A stretch of DNA of 64,000 nt, from positions 1-64,000 of the forward strand of contig JALHMH010000003.1 in the NCBI GenBank assembly GCA_022844165.1, read 5' to 3'. The stretch comes from Lysobacterales bacterium. GTDB taxonomy: Bacteria; Pseudomonadota; Gammaproteobacteria; Xanthomonadales; SZUA-5. The notes beneath the pieces were generated by a model. That model saw only the letters and a program-made list of their open reading frames with translations, had not been told where the DNA came from and made no database searches. A program made the translations under genes and the position numbers. Positions 17,184 through 25,334 of the stretch are shown here, one piece after another. Position 1 is the stretch's first letter; each line of letters starts with the position of its first letter.

Positions 17184-18410
17184 ATGAAGAAAACGTTTGT
17201 CGATGTGCTGCTCGAACTCCCAGTGGACGCCACGCTCCAGCAGCTCCTGACGGAGCACGCGCTGCCTGTGCCCCTGGGCTTCGCCTGGGACGACACCCCC
17301 GAAACCTCGCGTGCGCTGCTCGACTGCGTCCGCCAGTGGCCCGATATCGATGCCAAGGATCGCCTGGTCGGCGAACTGAATGCCTGCCTGCCTTTGGCTG
17401 ACGCACCGGGGCAGCAGGCCATCTTCCAAGTGGCCGCCGGTGGCGGAAGCGCCCTGATCGGCCTCGCGACCTGCAAGAGCGACCTGCATCGCGCCTTCTG
17501 GTTCTACCGGCACCATCCCGACCTGTTCCGCCACGCGCTGGATGCCGACTTCATCGAACGTCGTGGCAGCCAGGCCCAGCAACATGCGTTGAGTATCAAG
17601 CGCCATCCAAACATGACCAAGCCCGCGCTCGCGGCCTTCGGTCAGGCCGTCGCGAAGTTCTATCAGCGCATGCTGAGCTGCGGCGACGGCGTGGAGACCA
17701 CTATCTTCCAGCGCAGCCCCGGCGTGTTCCTGCTGACGACGCACGTCAAGGGCTTGGCGATGCTGCACCTCGAGTTCCAGGGCACGTCGCTGACGCGCCG
17801 CGTCGGCAACCCGAGCATCCACGGCATGCTGGAGTACTCCGAGAAGACGGGCGTGGTGCGTACGTTGATCAAGGGTGGCGCCGCCTACCACCAGATGCTG
17901 GCCAGCGAGTTCGCTACCCACCTGCTGGGCCAAGCCGTGGATGCCAAGCGCATCAAGCCGGAGAAACTCGACCTCACTCAGTTCCGTGCCGGCGTCGACT
18001 TCCCGCAGGCGATCAAGGACGGGTTCGTTGCCGTGCAACTCAAGCAGATCACGGTGCTGAGTCCGACCGGCAAGCTCAAGGTCGAAGCCACGGCGACGGC
18101 GATGGCTCAGCACCAGTCGGTCACCGAGTTGATGCAGGAAGAGATGTCGGCGCCCCTGGAAGGCGGCTGGACGGTGACCGCGGTGCAGATCAACCTGTAC
18201 TACCCGGGTGAGGCTGGCCGCAGGAACCGCGTGATCACCGCCGAGTTAACCAGCATGGGCCGGCTGCGGCTTCCGATGCGCGATCCCGTGATGAAGGCCA
18301 ACGTCGAGCGCTACCTCGTCGAGAAGGGAATCCTGGCGCGCGGCCAGACACTGGATGCGGACGACTTCCCGCATGTCGACGAGCAGCCGCAGTCGATGGT
18401 CGAGGGCTGA
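17184..18410 (+). CDS. Hypothetical protein, 408 aa
   Basis: Long ORF with RBS AAGGA, divergent from XRE/ImmA. Confidence 0.8.
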   Translation: MKKTFVDVLLELPVDATLQQLLTEHALPVPLGFAWDDTPETSRALLDCVRQWPDIDAKDRLVGELNACLPLADAPGQQAIFQVAAGGGSALIGLATCKSDLHRAFWFYRHHPDLFRHALDADFIERRGSQAQQHALSIKRHPNMTKPALAAFGQAVAKFYQRMLSCGDGVETTIFQRSPGVFLLTTHVKGLAMLHLEFQGTSLTRRVGNPSIHGMLEYSEKTGVVRTLIKGGAAYHQMLASEFATHLLGQAVDAKRIKPEKLDLTQFRAGVDFPQAIKDGFVAVQLKQITVLSPTGKLKVEATATAMAQHQSVTELMQEEMSAPLEGGWTVTAVQINLYYPGEAGRRNRVITAELTSMGRLRLPMRDPVMKANVERYLVEKGILARGQTLDADDFPHVDEQPQSMVEG

Positions 18411-18413
18411 CCG

Positions 18414-19331
18414 TTGTCGGCGCATGCGGAGTGGGCGCTGGTGTGTCGTTTGTTCTCGACCGGCACGCCGGTGATGAGAATGCGGCTGTCGGAGAGCGAG
18501 GCTGCCTTGCTTCCCGGACTGACCAAGGCGGTGAAGCCAGCATCGATCAACGCCAACATCGTGCCGTGCCCTTACTGCGGGATGGCCGGTGGCGAAGTGC
18601 GGCGGGGTCGAGACGGTTGCCTGGAGTGCTGCTGCGTCGAGTGCGGGCCGGTCTCGGTCGATCCCGACGACCTCACGGCGTTCGCGCTCGACGATCAGTG
18701 GCTGCACAGAAAGCTGCGAGCGGCGCTGGATATCGATTCGGATGGCGGTTCGACGATGCTCACGGCGGGGGCTTGGATGCTCGGCAGCAGCGGCAAGACG
18801 CCTGTGGTGTTGACGCGCGACATCCCTCGGCTGTGGCGCGAAGCAGGACTGCTGGATCGAGTCCGGATCGCCAACGGCCCGGTGCGCGTGATCGCGCCAA
18901 CCCGGCAGATCTCGGCGGGTGTGCCAACAGATGCGGGCGTGGAGTGGCTGGCGCTGGAGGAACGGTTCCGGCTGCGCGGCGAAGTCGTTTCGTTTCTCGC
19001 GCCGCCAGGGGCTGCGATCACCCGGCGCAAGAACGACCCGGCGGCACCGGTGCATGGGCCGTTCTCAGGTGACTTTCGGCTCGTGTACTTGGACGGCGAA
19101 GACAACCCGCCGATTCGCTGCACGAAGGCTCAGTCAGAAGTGTTTCGCGCGCTGTGGGAGTTCGGAGGTCATGATCGACGAGCTGAGGATGTGAGGCGGC
19201 GCACTGGTCGCAGTACTACGAAGCCCATCGACCTGTTCAAGGCGCATCCCGAGCCCAAGCGCGCCTACGAGGCCTTGGTCGTGACCAACCAGAAGGAAGG
19301 CTTGTACCGCATGCCGTGCGCAGTCCGGTGA
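18414..19331 (+). CDS. Hypothetical protein with Zn-ribbon and probable C-terminal winged helix
   Basis: CPYCG...CVECG; starts 3 bp after the upstream stop. Confidence 0.75.
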   Translation: MSAHAEWALVCRLFSTGTPVMRMRLSESEAALLPGLTKAVKPASINANIVPCPYCGMAGGEVRRGRDGCLECCCVECGPVSVDPDDLTAFALDDQWLHRKLRAALDIDSDGGSTMLTAGAWMLGSSGKTPVVLTRDIPRLWREAGLLDRVRIANGPVRVIAPTRQISAGVPTDAGVEWLALEERFRLRGEVVSFLAPPGAAITRRKNDPAAPVHGPFSGDFRLVYLDGEDNPPIRCTKAQSEVFRALWEFGGHDRRAEDVRRRTGRSTTKPIDLFKAHPEPKRAYEALVVTNQKEGLYRMPCAVR

Positions 19332-19504
19332 CTGCCGACCCTCCGTTCTCTCAACCCGATTGCTGCTCCAATCGTCCCTGCCAACCGCTCTTGGCGACAC
19401 CCGTTGCCCTCGGCAAAGGCCTTGGCCTCGGGCGTGAAATCGCCCGTGGTCACTGCTGATCCCGCTCCGGAGTGAGTGACAGACTCCCGGATCGAATTGG
19501 AGGC

Positions 19505-20863
19505 TCAGTCGACTGACGCCGCTGCGACGCCGATTGGAAACTCGATGATGACCGCTAGCCCCGGCGACGCAGACATGAAGTGAAGTCGCGCGCCGTGCAA
19601 CTTCGCAATCGCGGCGACCAGGCTCAGCCCGAGGCCACTGCCGCTCGTCGCGCGCGCCGCGTCGGCGCGCACGAACGGCTTCGCAATCTCGGTCATGAGC
19701 TCGGCAGAGACACCTTTGCCGTTGTCGCGCACACTGCCGCGAAGCTGCGCGCCATCCGATTGCAGGCCGACAAGGATCACGCTGCCGGGCCCAGAATGGC
19801 GGATCGCGTTCTCGATGAGATTGGTGAAGATCTGCACGAGAAGCGCGCCATCCCCGGAAAGCACGAGACCTTCGGCGATTTCTGCAACCAGCTCCTGGCC
19901 AGCGTCCTGGGCGACGGCTGCGTAGTCTTCTACGAGCCGAGTCAGGCACGCGCTCAGGTCGACGCGCGTGAATCCCGCCTTGCGCGCACCTGACTGGATT
20001 TCCGCGATGCGGAGCAAGGCGGCGAAGGTCTCCTGGATGCTGTCTAGGATGGCGATGGCTTCTTGAACCGGGTGATCAGGCGCCGCCGCTGGGGATGCGG
20101 CAGCGAGATCTTCAAGCTTCAGGCGCAGCCGCCCCAGCGGTGTGCGCAGGTCGTGCGCGATATGGGTGCTCACCTGTTGCACATTGGCGACCAGTGATTC
20201 GATGCGATCGAGCATGCGATTGATCGTGGCGGCGAGTTGGTCAAATTCATCGCCGCTGCCGGTGCGGCTGATGCGCTCCGACAGCCAGCCCTCGCCAATG
20301 CGCTCGGCAGTGCGGCTCAACCGGTTGATCTCAGCCAGAAAGCGCCGGCCGAGCCAGAGGCCACCGCCGGTGCCGAGAACCAGCGTTAGCGCCAGGGCCA
20401 GCAACACGCGGTTGCGCATCGCCTCGCCGAGCTCGCGCTCCGGCGTCAGCTCGGCGGCCACCAGCAGCAGGTAGCCGTCATTGAGCGGGCTGCCTTTGAT
20501 CAGGAGGTCAGCCTGGTCGACGCGCGCGATACGCTGCCAGCCGGCAACAGCAGCCGGGAGCTCGTCGAAGATGCCGCGCCCGTCGGCACTGAGCACGCGG
20601 TAGAAGAGGCGCGCACCCGGATGGTTCTGAGTGCGCTCGCGAATGTCATGGCGCAGCTCTTCGAGGCCATCGTCGCGGTAGTCGCCGAGCAACTGCGCGG
20701 TTTCCGCCTCGATGTGATTGCGCGCCTGGTCTTCGAGCGAGCTGCGGATGGTCAGGAACAACAGCAGCGCGAGCGCCGCCACCGACAGGCTGAAGAGCAG
20801 GGTGTACCACGCGAGAAAGCGAAAGCCGGCACTGGCGAGCAGCTTAGCGCGCATCGAGTACAT
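19505..20863 (-). CDS. Sensor histidine kinase (HAMP, HisKA, HATPase)
   Basis: AHDLRTPL, NLIENAIRH, DNGKG, GSGLGL; two TM segments. Confidence 0.93.
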   Translation of the reverse strand: MYSMRAKLLASAGFRFLAWYTLLFSLSVAALALLLFLTIRSSLEDQARNHIEAETAQLLGDYRDDGLEELRHDIRERTQNHPGARLFYRVLSADGRGIFDELPAAVAGWQRIARVDQADLLIKGSPLNDGYLLLVAAELTPERELGEAMRNRVLLALALTLVLGTGGGLWLGRRFLAEINRLSRTAERIGEGWLSERISRTGSGDEFDQLAATINRMLDRIESLVANVQQVSTHIAHDLRTPLGRLRLKLEDLAAASPAAAPDHPVQEAIAILDSIQETFAALLRIAEIQSGARKAGFTRVDLSACLTRLVEDYAAVAQDAGQELVAEIAEGLVLSGDGALLVQIFTNLIENAIRHSGPGSVILVGLQSDGAQLRGSVRDNGKGVSAELMTEIAKPFVRADAARATSGSGLGLSLVAAIAKLHGARLHFMSASPGLAVIIEFPIGVAAASVD

Positions 20864-21515
20864 AGCCCGATCCGCGTACCGTGCGGATGCGTTCGCTGCT
20901 GAAGCCGCGATCGATTTTCGAGCGCAGTCGACTGATGTGCGTCTCGACGATATTGGTCTTGGGGTCGAAGTGGAAATTCCACACCGATTCCAACAGCATC
21001 GTGCGCGTCACGACGCGGTCGGCGTTTCGCAACAGGAACTCGAGTAGCCGGAATTCCGTCGGCTGCAGATCGATCTCCTGCCCCGCGCGGCTGACCCTGC
21101 GCTTGATCAGGTCCATGATGATGTCACCGGCGTGCAGCTTGTCCTGGCTCGCAAGTGGCGGGCGCCGGCCCAATGACTGCACACGAGCGAGCAACTCAGC
21201 AAAGGCAAACGGCTTGACCAGGTAGTCGTCGCCACCCGCCTCGAACCCTTGCACCTTGTCGCCGATGCCGCCCATGGCAGTGAGCAGCAGCACTGGCGTA
21301 CCGATTGCACTCGCGCGCAGCGCCTTCAACAAGGCCAGCCCGTCCAGCTTCGGCAACATGCGATCGACGATCAGCGCGTCGTAAGCATCGCCGATTGCCA
21401 ACATGAGGCCTTCGTGGCCATCGCTGGCCAGATCGACACTATGGCCGTGCTCCCGCAAACCGCGGGCGACGTAGCTCGCCGTTTCGCAATCGTCTTCGAT
21501 TAGCAGAATTTTCAT
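20844..21515 (-). CDS. OmpR-family response regulator
   Basis: KILLIEDD, DRMLP, DDYLVKPF, IRTVRGSGY. Confidence 0.95.
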   Translation of the reverse strand: MKILLIEDDCETASYVARGLREHGHSVDLASDGHEGLMLAIGDAYDALIVDRMLPKLDGLALLKALRASAIGTPVLLLTAMGGIGDKVQGFEAGGDDYLVKPFAFAELLARVQSLGRRPPLASQDKLHAGDIIMDLIKRRVSRAGQEIDLQPTEFRLLEFLLRNADRVVTRTMLLESVWNFHFDPKTNIVETHISRLRSKIDRGFSSERIRTVRGSGYVLDAR

Positions 21516-21575
21516 GCTGTCTCCGAGCGCTGCGGGAGGCTTGCGACTCCCGCAGCAGTATCGGACCCGTTTGGA

Positions 21576-21878
21576 TCAGTCGTCGATGTCTTCGCGAGCG
21601 CCGATCACAGCGCCGCTGATGCCATCCACCGCAACATCGAACACGCGCTCGCCGACCACCACGCTGACCTCATAGGCGGGCTTGAAGCTGTCGTCATCGA
21701 GGCTCGCCTCGATCGCACGCCCGCCTTGGTGGTTTTCAGCTGCAGCAATCGCCTGCGTGAGACTGATGCTGGTTTGTTCGAGCAGACGGATGTCGCCCTT
21801 GTCCGCGGCAACCGCGGCGACCGAAACGCCACCAGCCAGCAGGGCAACGATGAAACCAAGTTTGTAGTTGAGGTTCAT
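21576..21878 (-). CDS. PepSY domain protein
   Basis: Signal peptide; ISLTQAIAAA...YEV...VDGISGAVI. Confidence 0.85.
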   Translation of the reverse strand: MNLNYKLGFIVALLAGGVSVAAVAADKGDIRLLEQTSISLTQAIAAAENHQGGRAIEASLDDDSFKPAYEVSVVVGERVFDVAVDGISGAVIGAREDIDD

Positions 21879-21974
21879 GGGTCAACTTCCTTTTGGACAG
21901 GCACACTGCCTGGGTGCTGACCTTTCTACCCGGTCAACGTCGAATTCCGATGTCCGCTCCTATACAGCTTCACA

Positions 21975-22116
21975 ATGTTCGGGCCGATACGCCAGATCGC
22001 AGCCGGCCCGCCGATGGATGGGGGCATGGAGTACGTGGCGCTGGAGGAGCGATTCCACCTGCGAGCCGATGTTGTCTCGTTCATTGGCGCACCCGGGGCC
22101 GGCGTACCGCGACGTC
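21975..22116 (+). pseudogene. Fragment of a diverged paralog of 18414..19331
   Basis: PIRQIAAGPPMDGGMEYVALEERFHLRADVVSF aligns with PTRQISAGVPTDAGVEWLALEERFRLRGEVVSF. Confidence 0.85.
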
Positions 22117-22177
22117 AGAATCGCGGACAGCCACGGTGCAGAATCGCGGACAGCCACGGTGGCGGAATCGCAGCCAC
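22116..22177. repeat. 23-bp tandem duplication plus a partial third copy at the copy C 5' end
   Basis: CAGAATCGCGGACAGCCACGGTG at 22116-22138 and 22139-22161. Confidence 0.95.
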
Positions 22178-23420
22178 GCGGCGAACCACCCTAGGGAGCC
22201 GGATCACGTTCGCTGTCAGAAAATTCCGACACAACTTTCAGCGTTTGCCTGACAGACAAACGCATTGGTGATCGCCATGATCGCCGCATGACCCAAGCCC
22301 GCCACCTCACCGTCGCCGAAGGCCAGCAAGCCTTCTACCACTGCGTTACGCGCTGCGTGCGGCGCGCGTGGCTGTGCGGCATTGATCCGATCACGGGAGT
22401 GGACTACGAGCACCGCAAGCCGATGATCGCGGCGCGCATCCTGCAATTGGCTCGGATTTTTGCGGTCGATGTTTACAGCTATGCCGTGATGAGCAACCAC
22501 TTGCACGTGGTGCTGTCGATTGAACCGACCGCCGCGCGCGATTGGTCTGATGAGGAAGTTGCCCGGCGCTGGGTGCAATTGTTCCCGGCGCGCGAGGCGG
22601 AGCAGAACACGGCGAAAATCATCTCGTTGCGCGCAGACAAAGCTGCACTTGAGGTCCGCCGCGGTCGGCTCACGGATCTTTCGTGGTTTATGCGCTGTCT
22701 CGACGAGCACATCGCGCGCAAGGCGAACGCCGAGGATGACGTGACGGGGCGCTTCTGGGAGGGCCGATTTAAATCTCAGTTGCTTGAAGATGAAGCAGCG
22801 CTTGCCGCGGCGATGGCGTACGTCGACCTCAATCCGGTTCGAGCCGGGATCGCCGACAGCATCGAGAGCAGCGATCACACCAGCGTCCAGGTGCGTGCCG
22901 AGGAACTGCGCAAAGATCCCAGCAAAGCGGACAAGCAAATCCAACCCATTGCCGGCGTTCGGCTTGGATTGGATATGTTGAAAGACAAAGCCCTCGCCAG
23001 ACTGGCGATGAGCAATCGCCAGTACATTGAGCTGGTCGACTACACCGGCCGCCAACTCAAGCCCGGCAAACGCGGCAAGATCGACGAGCGAGCGCCGACG
23101 GCGTTAAGCAAACTCGGACTCGACACCAACTACTGGACCGCGCACGTCAAAGGCGTCGGCTCAGGTTACTGGCGCTTCGTTGCCAGCGTGGAAGCACTCG
23201 AAGCCAAGGCAGCGCAGTGGAAACGGAAGTGGCTCAAAGGCATCGGCTACGCCCGGAGCCTCGTGACCGGCTGAGAAACTTACATGGGATTCTTGGCGCC
23301 GCTGGCGTCTGGGGGCGTTGGTCGCGCGCCGAAAATCATCCCGGTTCGAATCTTGAGTCCAGACGTCTAGACGTTTGCACGTCTAACAGGTTCGCATGAA
23401 GAAACAGAAACTGGATGTCC
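22148..23420 (+). mobile_element. HUH/RAYT-like element copy C
   Basis: Bounded by GGACAGCCA (22148-22156) and TGGATGTCC (23412-23420). Confidence 0.85.
22288..23274 (+). CDS. HUH/Y1 transposase (RAYT / IS200-like), 328 aa
   Basis: Near-identical to copies A and B. Confidence 0.92.
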   Translation: MTQARHLTVAEGQQAFYHCVTRCVRRAWLCGIDPITGVDYEHRKPMIAARILQLARIFAVDVYSYAVMSNHLHVVLSIEPTAARDWSDEEVARRWVQLFPAREAEQNTAKIISLRADKAALEVRRGRLTDLSWFMRCLDEHIARKANAEDDVTGRFWEGRFKSQLLEDEAALAAAMAYVDLNPVRAGIADSIESSDHTSVQVRAEELRKDPSKADKQIQPIAGVRLGLDMLKDKALARLAMSNRQYIELVDYTGRQLKPGKRGKIDERAPTALSKLGLDTNYWTAHVKGVGSGYWRFVASVEALEAKAAQWKRKWLKGIGYARSLVTG

Positions 23421-23577
23421 GCGTTGTTGCCCCAAATCAGCGCAAATCGCCCCACGTCGATCCCGCAACATCCAACCGCGACGATACCGCCACCCATGAC
23501 ATCGAATTCGACCGATGTCGCGACGACACCCTCCAAAAGCTATTTCCTTGGGCGTGACAGACGCCACGCAGGGGCTC

Positions 23578-23632
23578 GTCCAACAAACGCTTCAGATCGC
23601 GGCTGCGCGCGATCTAAGCTTATTCGTTAAGC
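23578..23632 (+). mobile_element. Integron attC-like site (55 bp)
   Basis: GTCCAAC (RYYYAAC), 5 nt, CTTCAGATCGCG ... CGCGATCTAAG (one extrahelical base), GTTAAGC (GTTRRRY). Confidence 0.75.
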
Positions 23633-23670
23633 ATCAGGGCTGCTAGCGGCCAACTGCATTCCAACCAGGT

Positions 23671-24939
23671 CTACCGCTTCTTCGCAGCTCGCTCGGGCAC
23701 TACGTAGAGGTTGAATGCAAAGACGTGGACTGTGACCTCTCGGCCAGCGTCCTCCTGCGATTGGAAGACGAAACGCCACTCGCCTGTCCGACCCGCGTTC
23801 ATGGCGCGCAGAAACTTCGGATGTGCTCGAAGCGACGCTTCGATCGTGGTTTGTATACCGGAGAATCCGGCAACGTCCTTGTTGAAAATCAGCAATGCTG
23901 CCTTGCAGTCGCGCCATGTCACATAGCCAAGCAACTGAGTCAGCGCGTCGAGCAAGACTTTTTCACCTCCCCACAGCTTGCACTCTGCCACGAACGCAGA
24001 TCGAGACTCTTCCTCAAGCCGGACATCAGTCTTGCCGTACTTCCGAAAAGTCTCGCCGGTGGCCTTACCTTCAAACACTACGTTTATGTGCGAAAGAATG
24101 TTATCGCGCAGCCCTTCTTCGCCGAGCGGAGCGTAGGTCTGAGGAGTTCCTTCGAAGGACGCTCCCGCGTGGCGAATGATTGCCAGCAGTTCCTCGTACG
24201 TCTCACTTGTGATTGCAGGTTCCGGCTTATAGCCCGCGGCTGGCGGGCGGGGTAGCGGGCGCACTATGCGCTTTGCGACCTCAATGGGCTTGAACTCAGG
24301 CATGCCTGACTTCTTCACCATCGGGATGTTGAATGCAGAAGTCAAGCCGTGCAGCTTCTCGATCTCGGCGCGGCGGTGTTCGATGGCCGACCGAAGTTCA
24401 CCGGGGATACGGTTGTGATGCTGATCCAGCAGTTGCTTCTGCGATGCAATCAGCTGGCGGATACCGCTGAGAGATGACTCAAGTTCTTGTTTGTATCGTT
24501 CTGGCTCGGTATTGCTGGTGTTTGTGAACGACAGCGTTAGCATCGAACGGCGTGAATCAATTTCCCCGCGAGGCATGACGCTTATCCACATGTTTGGGCG
24601 GAGTTTCCAGAGGCTATGGTCACCTGCAAACGGGATGTAGAAGGTCAAACGGTGCCCCGTCGTGTGCACGCGTCCGCCGCGTCCCATGTCGTAATCAAAA
24701 CGCCCAGTGACGTCAACCTGCGTCTCGGCGTGGTCCATCTGCATCTGCTCTTCATGTAGCACGAGCGGTTCAATGACGAGAGGTGAGCTCAGGTGTTCTA
24801 TAAGTGTCTCGACGGATGTTGCCAGGAACTGCTCGCGAGGAATGTTGTGCACCGATGCTTTGATGCCGCTGAGCTTGTTGTCCAGTGCAGAGCTCAGGTC
24901 ACCGTCGCTGAACAGTTGATTGGCGCTAGTTCCTCGCAC
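23671..24939 (-). CDS. Hypothetical protein with C-terminal PD-(D/E)xK-like nuclease motif, cassette-borne
   Basis: EEGLRD...GETF...GKTDVRL...FVAECKLW; lower GC than its neighbours. Confidence 0.72.
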   Translation of the reverse strand: MRGTSANQLFSDGDLSSALDNKLSGIKASVHNIPREQFLATSVETLIEHLSSPLVIEPLVLHEEQMQMDHAETQVDVTGRFDYDMGRGGRVHTTGHRLTFYIPFAGDHSLWKLRPNMWISVMPRGEIDSRRSMLTLSFTNTSNTEPERYKQELESSLSGIRQLIASQKQLLDQHHNRIPGELRSAIEHRRAEIEKLHGLTSAFNIPMVKKSGMPEFKPIEVAKRIVRPLPRPPAAGYKPEPAITSETYEELLAIIRHAGASFEGTPQTYAPLGEEGLRDNILSHINVVFEGKATGETFRKYGKTDVRLEEESRSAFVAECKLWGGEKVLLDALTQLLGYVTWRDCKAALLIFNKDVAGFSGIQTTIEASLRAHPKFLRAMNAGRTGEWRFVFQSQEDAGREVTVHVFAFNLYVVPERAAKKR

Positions 24940-25334
24940 TTGTGCTCTCCCAAGGTTTGCGCGCTGATTATCCTAGGAGATCCTAGGTATTTTGCTTACT
25001 GCGTCACCGCTGAAGAGCGCGACAAGCGCGCTACATTGCGGTGTGCGGCTGGGCGTGTTTCTGATGCCTAACTAAAAATAGACGACACGAAGCCAACGCT
25101 GGGATGTCGCCTATTCTGAATGGGTCTTGCGCTTGACCTGTCCACCGGTGCTTCCCTCATCAGTAATCAAACCTAAAGTTTCGTGGATGGAGAGCGAACG
25201 AGCCCTCCGGGGCCAGCGCTGTGCGGATCCATCGGGATTGCAACAGTTTGCACTTTGAGACGGCGTGTGTCGATCTTGACGGACACTGAATGATCCGGTG
25301 TCACGACCGCCGAGTCCGACCTCGCTTGGGCGCC

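Noticed and set aside
25290-25334. IntI N-terminal remnant (MIRCHDRRVRPRL)
   Set aside because: Too short to distinguish from chance.
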